Below are positions 27,916 through 40,253 of a stretch of DNA of 64,000 nt, piece by piece. The number at the start of each line of letters is the position of its first letter. The stretch's first letter is position 1. A model generated the notes under the pieces. That model had not been told where the DNA came from. It saw only the letters and a program-made list of their open reading frames with translations, and did not search any database. A program made the translations under genes and the position numbers. The DNA comes from Camelus ferus (lineage: Eukaryota), in assembly GCF_009834535.1 (NCBI RefSeq), contig NC_045697.1:42596001-42660000 (forward strand), given 5' to 3'.

Positions 27916-29189
27916 TTTTGAGGGCATGAAGTAGTGTTGGAAGGCACCAAGGAGGATTTGGGATCCCAATCTCAGTTTCCATTTTTACTACATTTGGAAT
28001 TGCTTTTCACTGCCTTCCTTCAGTTGACTCAAACACAGACCTGTGTAACTTAATTTGTTGTTATTTGTGCACAAGCCTGAAATTCTATAATTCTGCTGAT
28101 GCATAAATTTGAATTGTAAGCATTATATTTATGTAAATGTAGGTAATTACAGCTGATGATTTTTGTCTAATTTACCACATAGCATCTATTTCTCCTTGTA
28201 AATTTGGTGTTCACTACATTATCATTAATTATTGATTTCAAGTAGGATATAAATTTATTTATGGTATTTAAAGTTTCACATGTGGAGAGAATGCCTAGAT
28301 AATGCCAAAGTGCCAGTTTTGAGGTGGTAGCAGGTGGACTTATCCAGAAGCACGTAGTACAGAGTACGACCTGACTGAGGGTTAGTAAGTGCTGGTTTTT
28401 CTAGCTCCTGTCATGATTCTGTCTAGCAACATGCCTTTGTACAGATTAACTCTTAACTCATGCTTCCTCATGTATAAATAGTACTCGTCCTGTTTTTCCC
28501 CAGTGTGTTTTTGAAGATGGTGATGGTGATAGGCACTCTGCTAAGGGTTTTACATGCATTTCCTGAGACGTAAGTCATTGTTGTTGTCTAGGTTTTACAT
28601 AACGGAAACTCTGGCACAGAAAGGTTAAGTAATTGTGGTAAAATCCTTTTTAACGTTGGAGTCAGAATTTCAGCTCAAGCATTCTGACTCTAGCCCTTGC
28701 ATTTAAACACCAGATTAGGTTATAAGATGTTTAAAAAGAACAAAAAGTTATGAAGTCTTGTGTTATAGGTTGATATTGTAAGCATAAGTACAGTTTATTA
28801 GAGAAGATATGGAAACAAAATGGAAATTGATTGGTTGCAGAAAAATGGAAGGAATATACTGTATTTCAAAATTGTATTTACATATACAGATGGCATATTT
28901 CCTGCTTTTTAAAATAATCAGATATTGGTATGTACAATGAAATCTTTACAATTTCTGAAGTAGTATATTTCAGAAAGATAATATTAATATTTAGCCTTTC
29001 CATTTCATAAGTAACATTAGAAATGTGTGAAGTATTTTAATGGTGTTTTCAAATGTAATGACTGGGAAGATTACAAATTGTGTCTTAAGTAATACTAGAT
29101 TCTCATGGTGTCTCAGTTGCTGAAACGGGGGCAAGGAGCCTGTGTATCTGCAGATTTCAGATTGCTGTTTGGGGCAGGATAGTTTCATG

Positions 29190-29430
29190 GTTCAGTGCAT
29201 GAGTAGGGACATCTGACTGCCTGGCTCTAAATCCTGTCTCTGCCATTGTGTATAAGCTGTACAGTCTTGGGCAAGTTACTTCACCACATTGGGTCTCAAT
29301 TTTTCTTCTACAAAGTGTGGATAATGATAGTGCCCAACGTATAGAATTATTGAGAGGATTAGATAAATTAATGTATTAAAGCATTTAAAGAAGTACCTAA
29401 TATATGGTAAGTGCTCCATAAAATGTTAGA
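29190..29430 (+). mobile_element. MIR SINE, near full length
   Basis: cttgggcaagttacttcac...tgagaggattagat...tggtaagtgctccataaaatgttag. Confidence 0.8.
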
Positions 29431-30146
29431 TAGTTTTATAATTTGTTATTTTTAATAATAAACTAAGTTAAAAGTATAACAGTTCAGAAAATAACTAATA
29501 GTTATAAAAGATTATTTTACCTGTTTGGCCTTCAGGTGTTACTTCTTAGCGCTGACAAGCTATTTTTGGCAAGAGCATGCTTTCAGCCCTCCAGCTACAG
29601 TTCACTTTGCAAGAGAGAATGTTTGTTAATAAGTCCTCTGAAGTGACTCCTCTTTACAAAGCACCAGGATATGGTCACTTTATATGAATATAAATACTTA
29701 AGGCTTCCGGGTCATCTCTGATCCTTTCTAGAATAAATCAGTTTATATACACACGCAATTAATTGTAAGTTTTCATGTTTAAAGAGTGTGTAAAATTACA
29801 CTAGAATATGTATTTTCCTCATTTAAAAATTCATTGATATCATTATCCATCAAATACATAGGAAGCTTTTCAGCCAGGATTTGGATATAGCCTTTTTCTA
29901 TCAAAAGAAGTATGTGGTAGTGTTTCCTACAATTATCTTCTGCTTTTAATATGGCGTTTTTTAATTAGCAAAATATTTGCCATGCTTCATAGGACTGCTT
30001 ATTGGGTAAATGACAAAAAATACACACATCAGATATTCACAGAGTAGAATTCCTCTTTGACATTGATGTATGGGTTTTTTTGTTTTTTTTTTTAAATCTG
30101 AATTGTAAGTCTGTTTTTGTTTGCATTGTTTTTTTGTCCCCCATAG

Positions 30147-30604
30147 GCCCTCCTGTCAGTCCTTCGAGAAAGCCATCGTTCAAGAACAGTTTTCAGGAAA
30201 GTTGGAGGATTTGTGTACATTACATCCTTGCTTGTTGCTATGGAAAGATCTTTGAGCTCGCCACCCAAGAATGGCTGGGAGAAAGTGAACCAGAATCAAG
30301 TGTTTGAACTTCTCCACACTGTGTTCTGCACACTGACTGCAGCAATGCGCTATGAGCCAGCCAACTCTCATTTCTTCAAAACAGAGATTCAGTATGAGAA
30401 GTTGGCAGATGCCGTTCGATTTCTTGGCTGCTTCTCAGACCTAAGAAAAATAAGCCCCATGAATGTCTTCCCTTCAAATACACAGCCATTTCAAAGACTT
30501 TTAGAGGAAGACGTAATCTCAGTGGACTCAGTGTCACCCACTTTACAGCACTGCAGTAAACTCTTTATTTATCTCTACAAAGTAGCCACAGATTCTTTTG
30601 ACAG
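30147..30604 (+). CDS. WDFY3: WDFY3 exon I, 458 nt, phase 0>2 (ALLSVLRESHR...VATDSFD)
   Basis: cccatag|GCC ... CAG|gtatgg; ORF 30213..30677. Confidence 0.98.
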
Positions 30605-32017
30605 GTATGGCTCTGCTCTGTGCTCTGAATTGAAAGGTATACAATGTATGACTTCAGTATTAAGGCTTGAATTATAAATTAACTTAAAAGAAAATGAAAA
30701 CAAATGAATTCTCTCTTACTTATCTGTCGCTTTATTTGTGAATATTACTATTGCTCTGATTCTGTGTTTTTCAACATGGACATCTGTGTATTATTTGTAA
30801 AACCAAGGTTAGTTAAGCTCCCGTTGCACTTAATGGAACAGTTTCTATGAAATTTACTTTCCTCTTTATTCTCAAGACCGTCAGATACATCCAGACTTAC
30901 TGATATTAGTTATCAATGGGAGCACGTGGTTATGGTTATACGTATTTTCAGACAGATGTTATAGTCTCAACGTTCATAATCATTCTCAACATTTTATAAT
31001 GCTCAAAAAATGATACAGCTTCCTGGGAGACGTTGACAGTGTAAGAGTCCCTCGTATTAATTTACTCATTCCTTCATTAAACAAGTGCTTAACGAAAACC
31101 TACTGTGTGCCAAGTTACTGTGCTAGGCATTGAGGGTTCAGCTCAGCACAGGGCTACTTTGGTTATCCTTTAGCTTAAATGCAAACACATAAATAAACAA
31201 TTATAATATATCGTGATAAAATATATGATGACGGAAATCCAGGTTTCTAAGATCATAAGACTGCTTTATCCAAGTCATTTACTTTCAATTCTTAAAGTGT
31301 ATTTTCAATTAAGTTCTCACTTCAAAAATAATGTAAGTGTCATCATGCTGCTAATTTGTCCAAGTGTTATCACTTTTAACAGTTATAGTTTTATTCCATA
31401 AAACGAATTGTTTTTGTTAATATCCCCATAAATAAAGCCAATACCTCTATTGGGTAGAGCTTCTGATAGCTTTTATGTTCTTAACTGTGAAATATCTGCT
31501 TTGAAATATCTAGTGAGATGTTTGTCTCTCAATATTTCTTAAGCCTTAGTATTTAGATAAGAAAATACAGGTAATGTGAAAAAATGTTTTCCAGTTTTTC
31601 CCATCTTGAAAATAAAAATGCATATATATTGTTAGCTTCCAGGAAACATGGGGCTGTGTAATGTTCAGGGATTAAGATGTTTAAAATTAAAATTTGTGTA
31701 TTTAGATTCAACTTCTTTTCCCTTGTTTTGTACGTACCCTAGTTAGTATACCTTACTTTTAGTTTGCTTTGTCAGAAAACAAGGCCTACAGCACTCTGTT
31801 TAACAAATATGTTAAATGTTAACATTAATGAAGAAGCATCTGCCTCAAGCATGTTTCCCTCAGTGCATGTGTTGCAGTCTTGGTCCTTGTTGCTGCTGAG
31901 GATGGAGGATGTTCCCTGTTAAACTTATACTGGTATTTCTTGTGAAACTAACCAGCTGCCAGCCTGGTGTTCTCTTCTAACCTCTCTAAACCACCCTGTC
32001 TGTTTTGTTGTCTGTAG

Positions 32018-32101
32018 TCGTGCAGAACAGATCCCTCCTTGCCTGACAAGTGAGTCTTCTCTCCCCTCTCCTTGGGGTACACCAGCTTTGTCCAGGAAAA
32101 G
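32018..32101 (+). CDS. WDFY3: WDFY3 exon J, 84 nt, phase 2>2 (SRAEQIPPCLTSESSLPSPWGTPALSRKR)
   Basis: tctgtag|T ... AAG|gtactg; the peptide matches my recollection of human WDFY3. Confidence 0.92.
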
Positions 32102-33194
32102 GTACTGATCTTATAACAGAAGTCATTCTTTTTTCGTGTGGGTTTTTTTCTTCTGTGCCCAATTATATGTAATGTGCTGATTGTGCTTTTTGTAACTTCA
32201 ATTTTTTTTTTTGCTTTCTTTTTGATTTGACTCTTTTTTAAAGTTTAAAATTGTCAACTTCTGCTGAGTATATTTATGAGAGAAAATACGTTGCTACTGT
32301 GATGATATGAAGGACGTGTAAAATTTTGTCATCCAACTCTTTTAAACTAAAATATGCGTTTTAGAGCAGGTATACATTAAGTTAAAATTAATTTGGAAAT
32401 GAGGATTTAATGCCTCTCTAAGTATTTCACTACTTTTCTTTTTACTTTAAGTGTGCTTGGTCTCATTCTTTGGGGCTTAGCGTTACTCCAAAATGAACAT
32501 CCCAGAATTGGCTAAGGAAGTGTGCATTTTCTCAGTCAGGTTCGCCCAGTTGAAATGAGATGCTGTTATGGAGCATGCTAATCTTTGAAAAAATGAATAA
32601 AAAACCTCCCCTAGCTCTTGCTTTCATCAGTTGTGTATAAATCTCTTTCTAAGCTGATCTAGTCTCCCTCATATATAAAGCTTATGAATATAAAGAACCA
32701 GCAGTTGATTGACAGTACAGTTAAGATCCATTTGAGATTCCATCGGCAGCGTGTACTTAAAATGATCATAGTCTGTGCACCTGGCACCAGATACTCTTCC
32801 TTCCCCTGTTTTCCTCATAACCAAGGACAAGTCCTTAAGTCTTGTGTTAATATTCTGCTATTACTGACTTTTTAAAAATGAACCCTGAGGTTTTCTTCTG
32901 TTTAATTTTATTTCTGTTGTTCAAATTTTGAAACTTGAATAGAATCAGACTTATGTATTAAAAGTAGTTGTTGTAAGTGCGATATTTCAACAGTAATATT
33001 CATTAGGTATATGGACTTATATTTTCCTTTTCTCTTAAATTTACACTGGGGCTTACAGCTCATTTCTTCTAGTAAATCATGGCATAGTTCAAAATAGTCT
33101 TAAATGGATTTAGCATTGTTCAGTGTATTTATATTTAAAAACTACTTTGTTTTTTGTTTTTTCAAGAGCAGTTCTTTTTTATTTTTTTTTATTT

Positions 33195-33362
33195 TTGGTA
33201 TATATTTTTTTATTGAAGTATAGTCCATTACCAGAAATGTTGTGTCAGTTTCTGGTGTACAGCATAATGCTCCAGTCATACCTGAACATACATGTATTTG
33301 TTTCATATTCTTTTTCACCATAAGTTACTACAAGATACTGAATATAGTTCCCTGTACTATAC
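33195..33362 (-). mobile_element. Short L1 3'-end fragment, similar to the tail of the 9053 element
   Basis: T-run + attgaagtatagt...tttctggtgtacagc...aagttactacaagatactgaatatagttccctgt. Confidence 0.8.
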
Positions 33363-36264
33363 CATGTAAGAGGAGATCTTGATTCCAGAAATTATAAAAT
33401 CAATTTGAGTTAAAGTAGTGTATTTTTCTGTGGCTAAAATTGATAAGGTAAAAGATATACTTTGTGTTGGAAGATTCACGTGTGCTCACTATCCCATAGA
33501 ACTACTGGATGTTAGAAAAATAGTAAATACTTTTAATTATTAAAAAGTCATATTTATGATTCTGTCATACATGGTAAAGGCCTAAAGATTGCTGTGTTTA
33601 AAAACATTTAACTCTTTAACCAAAAACTACTAAATACTTTCAATGGAAATTCACAGATTAAAGGAACATATGTTTAAAAATCCATCAGAACTTACCACTT
33701 ACTTAAATAGTAATTTGACAAAAGGAAAACAGCATTGTACTCCATATCATAGAGTTATTTAAGGCCTGAGAGCAAAAACATTTTGTCATCATTTGCAACA
33801 CGGCTGCATGTAAGGATGCCATGTCTTTGACCTAAGGGAGAGCTGTCACTGAATCAGCAGTTGCAGTTGAGTGACTCTTATCCATAGGAATTCTAATCGA
33901 GATTACAAGTTGATGTTATCCCAAGGAAGCTCCCAGTGCTGTTCATGCTAACAACAAAATCAGTGTTGACATTTTCAGGTTGCCATTCTGGTCAGGTTAC
34001 ATTCATTTTGCTCATTGATAAGAATCATAAGCTAACAAAGAAAACAATGTTTTTATTTCACCATATAGTAACTTTTGAGATTAGAAAATCTCAAAAACAT
34101 CTCAAATTACATCAGCTCATGGGCATCTTTTTCTTGTGGCAAAACATGTTTTTTTTTTTTGGCAAAAGGAGAAGCCAACATTGTGTTAGTTTTATGGCTC
34201 ATGGGGATTAAGACACGAAGGAAAGTCTAAGCTTGTGATACTTGACTGGCATGTAAAGTCCTGGAAATTCTTCTCTAATTATTTTGAGAATTGGGGAAAA
34301 AGGAACTAGGAAAACTTATTTTGGAAAACTAAAACTCATGACTGTTTTTCATTATTCATAAGGAATAATGGAACAGAATTGCAGCTGAACAATGTTCAGT
34401 CAGAGTTAGATAAGTGAAAACGAAATCCAAAATAGCAGCCAAGACCCTCCACAGTATATCTGCAGTGGCAAAAACGGTGGCGAGTATTAGTCATCATTCA
34501 AACCTGGTATCCAGTACTTAATGCCTGCACATACTTGACGATCATTAAGACAAAGCTGATTCAGAATTTAAATATTTACGTATGTATTCCCAAAAGAGGT
34601 TAGTAAGTCTTAAGTATACAGGAGAATTTAGAGTGAAATATTAAGTAGCAATTTCTGTAAGCTTTAAAAGTAACTGCAACATAAAAATTAAATTTTGAAA
34701 TGTCATTTTATCCCATCTTCGCAAATGGTTAGGTTTTGCTTGGTAGTTACCTATTTAATAAGCTTACTATAGTCTCTAAATGTAAAAGGTGATAATACCT
34801 AAATGACTTAGTAAGAATTAATGTTATATAATGCTTGTTAAAATAGACCTAATTTCTTAATAAATGCCATATTTTGGATTTCTGTGATGTTTGCAGTATT
34901 TTTCTCGTTTAAGAAGAACAGATGTAATTCCTACATTTAGAATGTTATTCTTTATATGTAAAATTTGAAAGTTTACTGCTATAACAGTTACATGTTAGCG
35001 AAGAGTTCAGTTTCCAAAGGCATAAAGAGCTTCTTCCTGGGTGTACATATCTGTAATTTAAATTCAAACCTATATTAAGTCTGGCAACTGAGAAATAATT
35101 TGGGAAGGCCTGTCGCCTAGAATATACAATTAGAATCTATGTTTTTCCTCAGATTTGGGTTACTCTTTGTGTATAATGAAAACAGTTTTCTGTGAAATTT
35201 CTAAATGGTTTGGAGTTCCTATTATACCATAGAGGAATATGATTCATTTTTTTCATTTTTTTCTGGATAGGTCAAAATACTTTAAAGACTAAAGGGAGAA
35301 GCATAGGAGGATACCAATTGGTAATAAGCATTTAGAATCTATCTTAGGAAGTTTAGAAATTAATTCTTTCTGAACTAGAACAGAAAAAAAAACTGAGTGA
35401 AAAAAATGAGTGGGTGTAGGATATGGTGACTTTAAATAAACTAGAAGAGCACATGTGGGTTTTTTTTTTTTTTTTTAATAAGTGAAGCTGAATACTTTCC
35501 TAGAATCTCTGTTAAAGAGAGAATGGTACTTAAAAAAAAAAAAAAAATGACAGTGCCAGTTCTTTGCTGCTAGATCAGTGACTTAAAGCATCTGCTTCCC
35601 AAGCTGCTCTTGTGCCAGAGAGCTGAAACTGCACTGCTCTCAGTGACAGAGCTCAGCATCAGACAAATTATGCTGAAACCAATTCGCTGGAACAAAGAGC
35701 TCCCATAGGCTGAAGCTACAAGCATCTGTTTCCATGTGCCAAGATACAAAATGTGCAAAGCTCATGAATTGTAGAAGCAGAGTATGAAATAGGAAGTGGA
35801 GATCATTGATAAGAAGAAATGTTGTGTATTCAGGACATGGCTGGGCTTTCCAACTCATGGAAGCTCATTACGTAAAAGATGCCCTCTTAAGTTTTTAAAA
35901 TTTGTGATGAATATTTTCAGTGGTAGGGAGGATAATGCAAAAGAGGGTGAATGTACTTCCAAATAAGGAAAACTCCCCTGATGCTTAATGTATTTATTGT
36001 CGGGCAGCCAGGACTTTGAGCCAACCCTGACTCAGTTGAACCAGTTACAGAGAAGGCCATTTTGATCTTGTTAGGTCTTAATTATGTTGACCCATGGTTT
36101 AAGGAAAGGTTAAAAACACATAGGTAATTTCAAAAAAGAACAGTCTCACTGAAGGATTTAATATAGCTTGTCCTCATCACAAATGATCAGAACTGTCATC
36201 TTCCTTAGAGCTTGGAATCGCTGTGATTTCATCTGTTCTTTGTCTTCTGGTATACATGCCATTC

Positions 36265-36525
36265 TTTTTTTTTTCCTTTCAGTTTTACTGAGATACAATT
36301 GCCGTGCTGCACTGTGTAAGTTTAAGGTGTACGTCACAATGACTTGACTTACATGTATTGCAAATGATTACCACAATAAGTTTACTTAACATGCATTATC
36401 TTATATAGATACAAGGGGGAAAAAAAGGAAAAAATGGATTTTTTTTCTTGTGATGAGAACTTCTAGGATCTACTCTTTTAGCAACTTTCAAATACACCAG
36501 GGAGCAGTGTTAACTAGTCATCATA
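36265..36525 (-). mobile_element. L1 3'-end fragment
   Basis: T-run + cagttttactgagatacaattg...gtaagtttaaggtgtac...ggatctactcttttagcaactttcaa. Confidence 0.75.
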
Positions 36526-36787
36526 TGCCTTTCTTTAATGAAACAGTCCGAATAGTAAATGGTGAAAACATATAAGAGCCTAGAAGAATTAATAGTTAAA
36601 TTGTTTATATGCGACTCATTAAGAACTGATAATGGCTTTTTTATTTCCCAACCTTCAGGTGTTTTGTAACTCAACCTTGAATTTTAAGGCCTTTTGTTTA
36701 TCAGTGGAGAAAGATAACAGAAGATGAAAATGAACAGAGAATGTGATCAAAATTAAATATCAAATTATCCTTCTTTCTTTCTTGCAG

Positions 36788-36965
36788 GCATGCGTATCAT
36801 TCTGTTTCAACTCCCCCTGTTTACCCTCCTAAAAATGTTGCTGACCTGAAACTACACGCGGCAACTTCATCTGTCCAGAGTTCTGACGCTGTCATCATCC
36901 ATCCTGGAGCCATGCTTGCTATGCTGGACCTCCTGGCCTCTGTTGGGTCCGTGACACAGCCAGAA
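36788..36965 (+). CDS. WDFY3: WDFY3 exon K, 178 nt, phase 2>0 (HAYHSVSTPP...GSVTQPE)
   Basis: cttgcag|G ... GAA|gtaagc. Confidence 0.96.
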
Positions 36966-37766
36966 GTAAGCGTGGGCATGTTAGTTCCTTCCCATCTTTA
37001 GTGAGTGAAAGGATGTGAGTGTGATTGCATGAGCAAGGGGGTGGGGCCAGGAAAGTGAGATGGAGCCTTCCTATATCACGTACTAAAGCAGGTAAAGGAA
37101 AAAAACTAGGGCTTTTCTATTCGAGTCTTAAATTTCTTAACAAATGGTAGATATGTATGCTTTTTAATACAGTTGATTTGTTAAAATGCAACCAAGACAG
37201 TTACTTCTAAAATAATTGTTTCTCCTTGAAATCCTGCTCAGCAGTGGAAATTGTTAATAAATAGTACAGAAAGAAAAATGACTGAAGGTACCATATTGAG
37301 ACTATTTATCTATTCTGACTTGTAATGCTCAAGAGTTTGAGTGAACTGGAGTTTGGGTGACTAATTTTGTTAAAATGTTATGTGGCCTCTAAAGCCTTAA
37401 GTGTCACAAATCTTAACAATTGGCCTTCCTTTAAACTGGTTATTTACATACCATGAAAAAGACTTATTATGCCTGCTAATTTTATAAAAATAAAAATACT
37501 ATTAATTATATATAGTCAGGTAATCCAAAAGACTTGGAAGAGAATGGAGTCTAGCTGGGTATGCTTCTAGCAAAACTAAGATAGGAAGTATTTCTCTGGC
37601 CCTGTTCTGGAGTTGCTGTGCCCCTTTAAGCCAGCTACTTAATTCATCTGAACGTAATTTGAAGCATGTAGAGACCTCACGTTAAAACGTGTGCCTCACA
37701 TGGAGAGAACTGTCACATGTCTTATTAAGAACGCCCCTGTGGCATGGATTTCTTTGTTAACTTCAG

Positions 37767-37981
37767 CATGCTTTGGACCTTCAACTTGCCGTGGCAAATA
37801 TTTTACAATCGCTGGTGCACACAGAGAGAAACCAGCAAGTCATGTGTGAAGCTGGTCTCCATGCACGCCTGCTGCAGCGGTGCAGCGCTGCGCTGGCCGA
37901 CGAGGACCACTCACTGCACCCGCCTCTCCAGAGGATGTTTGAACGCTTAGCCTCTCAGGCTCTGGAGCCCATGGTGCTGAG
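37767..37981 (+). CDS. WDFY3: WDFY3 exon L, 215 nt, phase 0>2 (HALDLQLAV...LEPMVLR)
   Basis: cttcag|CAT ... GAG|gtcagt; ORF 37773..38150. Confidence 0.97.
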
Positions 37982-38309
37982 GTCAGTACGTTCTCTTCTT
38001 CACAGTCAGATAAGCCACCGTGAGGAATGGCTCTTTGTAGTCTTCATAGTCAGGAATTCTTGCTTTAATAAACATGTGTTCAGTTACCTGTGGGCAAAAC
38101 CGAAACACCACAAAAATGGGCAAAATGCTCAAAATATAGTACTTAGATAAATCTAGTTATTAATAAACAGGGGATGTCTTTGCCCATTGGTTATTTCTTC
38201 TACTTCTACAGCAAACTCTCTTTCCTTTAAAAATAAAGTCATGCTATATTTATATGACTTGCATCTACTTTAGGAACATTTTGTGTGTAAGAACTCTTTT
38301 AAGAAACAC

Positions 38310-38990
38310 TTTTTTAAATTTTTTAATTTTAAAATAATTACAGATTCAGAGGAAGTTGTAAAGATAGATTGGAGAGGTTCTGTGTCCCCTTCACCCAGTT
38401 TCCTCCAGTGGTTGCATCTTAGGGAACCATAGTGCAACATCAAAACCAAGACACTGACATTGGTACAATGTATCCATGTATGCTATGGTTCCCATGTATG
38501 CTATAGTGCCCTGTTATTGTGTCAGACTGATGTAGCTATCACACAATTAAGGTGTCACAAAGATCCCCCCAATCCTATCCTTTTATTGTCATAGTCACCT
38601 TCTTGACCTCCACCATCCCTAACCCCTGAAAACCAGTAATCTGTTCTCCATCTCCATAATTTTGTCACTTTGAAAATGTTATATAAGTTAATTCATACAT
38701 TAATTTTGTGATTATTTTGTGCTTAGCTTTTTCAGTTATCATAATGCCTTTGAGATGCATCTAAATTATCATGTATCAATAGTTTGTTTCTTTCGGGGGG
38801 AGGATATCGCTCAAGTGGTAGCATGCATGAGGTCCTGGGTTCAATCCCCAGTACCTCCTCTAAGATTAAATAAGTAAACCTAATTACCTTCCCCCACCAA
38901 AAAGAACAAACAAAAAAAGAGTTTGTTTCTTTCTATCGCTGAGTTGTATTCCGTGCTGTGGATATACCTTGCACACTTTAGCCATTCAAA
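38310..38990 (-). mobile_element. Old L1M 3' end, interrupted by a SINE
   Basis: aaataattacagattcagaggaagttg...cccttcacccagtttcc...aatctgttctccatctc. Confidence 0.75.
38795..38919 (+). mobile_element. tRNA-derived SINE (Vic-1-like) with a perfect 14-bp TSD
   Basis: A box cgctcaagtgg, B box gttcaatcc, A-rich tail. TSD agtttgtttctttc at 38781-38794 and 38920-38933. Confidence 0.92.
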
Positions 38991-40140
38991 AGGTAGATAT
39001 ATTTGAATAACCTTTTTTAATGCAAGAGAAGCAGTGCTCTGAAGCAGCATTTAAAAAAAATATTTTCCTTGAAATTTCCTAGCCAAATAGATTTAATGTG
39101 TAAGTCATCTTGTCCCTCTTTAAAAAAAAAAAAAATATATATATATATATATACTTGTATATCTTTGTCACTTTCAAAATATAAGCTGCTCTCTTTATAA
39201 GACAATTTTTTTCTGCTGTTAAAGAGTTCTTTTTTCACAAAACTTCTGCAACTTTCCTAAAAATGATTGGACTCTACTTGTAATTTATATTTTTTCAACT
39301 GACTCCAAACTAATGGTGGATTAAGAAAAACCTTTGTGGTTAACATTTGTTAAACAGTATTGTACAGGGCAGTGTGCTCAGCCTTGGTAATGCTGAGATG
39401 AGACAGTCTCTACTAACTTTGGCAGTCACATTATGGATATATTCAGAGACCTAAAATACTGAAAACAGCACGGAGATTTTTCCCTGATCCTTTCTGGTAA
39501 TCTGCTTCTTTTAAAAGTAGAGAGTGTCAGCGAGTGAGAGAGAGAGACTATCTCATACCTACTACTCGTATTTTACTAAGTAACTTTTACACTGCCTTCT
39601 TAGATAAACAGAGTAAGCAATGGAAACCAACCATTTGGACATGCTCAGTTTTCACAGTGAATGAATTATCAGAAGGAAAGGTCCTATGATGATATAGGCA
39701 CTTACCTGCTGATAAGCCATAGGTTATAAGCTAATTGCATATTGCACTCTGTATGAAAAAATGGCAAACTTTTTTTCTGCTGTAGAGAATAAAAAATTCA
39801 GAGATGTATTTTTTTCCCTCTTTTAGATGATGCCATAAATGACTGGATATAAAAGGCTCCTATTTGTGTAACCCCTTGACATGTCGCTGTATTTCTGCCC
39901 ATCACGTTCCAGGAGAACATGCTCCTCAGATTTCATTTTCTAACTTTTCACAATATTTGATGTTCTTTTCAGTGCTTGGAGATTTAAACATAAAGTTAAT
40001 ATATATTATAATAACTCTTTGAATTGCTTTGGTATTTTAATTAGTCTGTTATAATTCATTAAATCATATTTTTGTGTGTTTATTTAATGAATTATATGGT
40101 GTTCCCAATAAGGAAAAACTTTGTGTTGTCTCTTCTTTAG

Positions 40141-40253
40141 GGAGTTTTTACGTTTGGCAAGTCCATTAAATTGTGGTGCCTGGGACAAAAAACTGCTAAA
40201 ACAGTATAGGGTCCACAAACCAAGTTCACTGAGTTACGAGCCAGAGATGAGAA
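40141..40253 (+). CDS. WDFY3: WDFY3 exon M, 113 nt, phase 2>1 (EFLRLASPLNCG...YEPEMR)
   Basis: ttctttag|G ... GAA|gtaagt. Confidence 0.96.
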
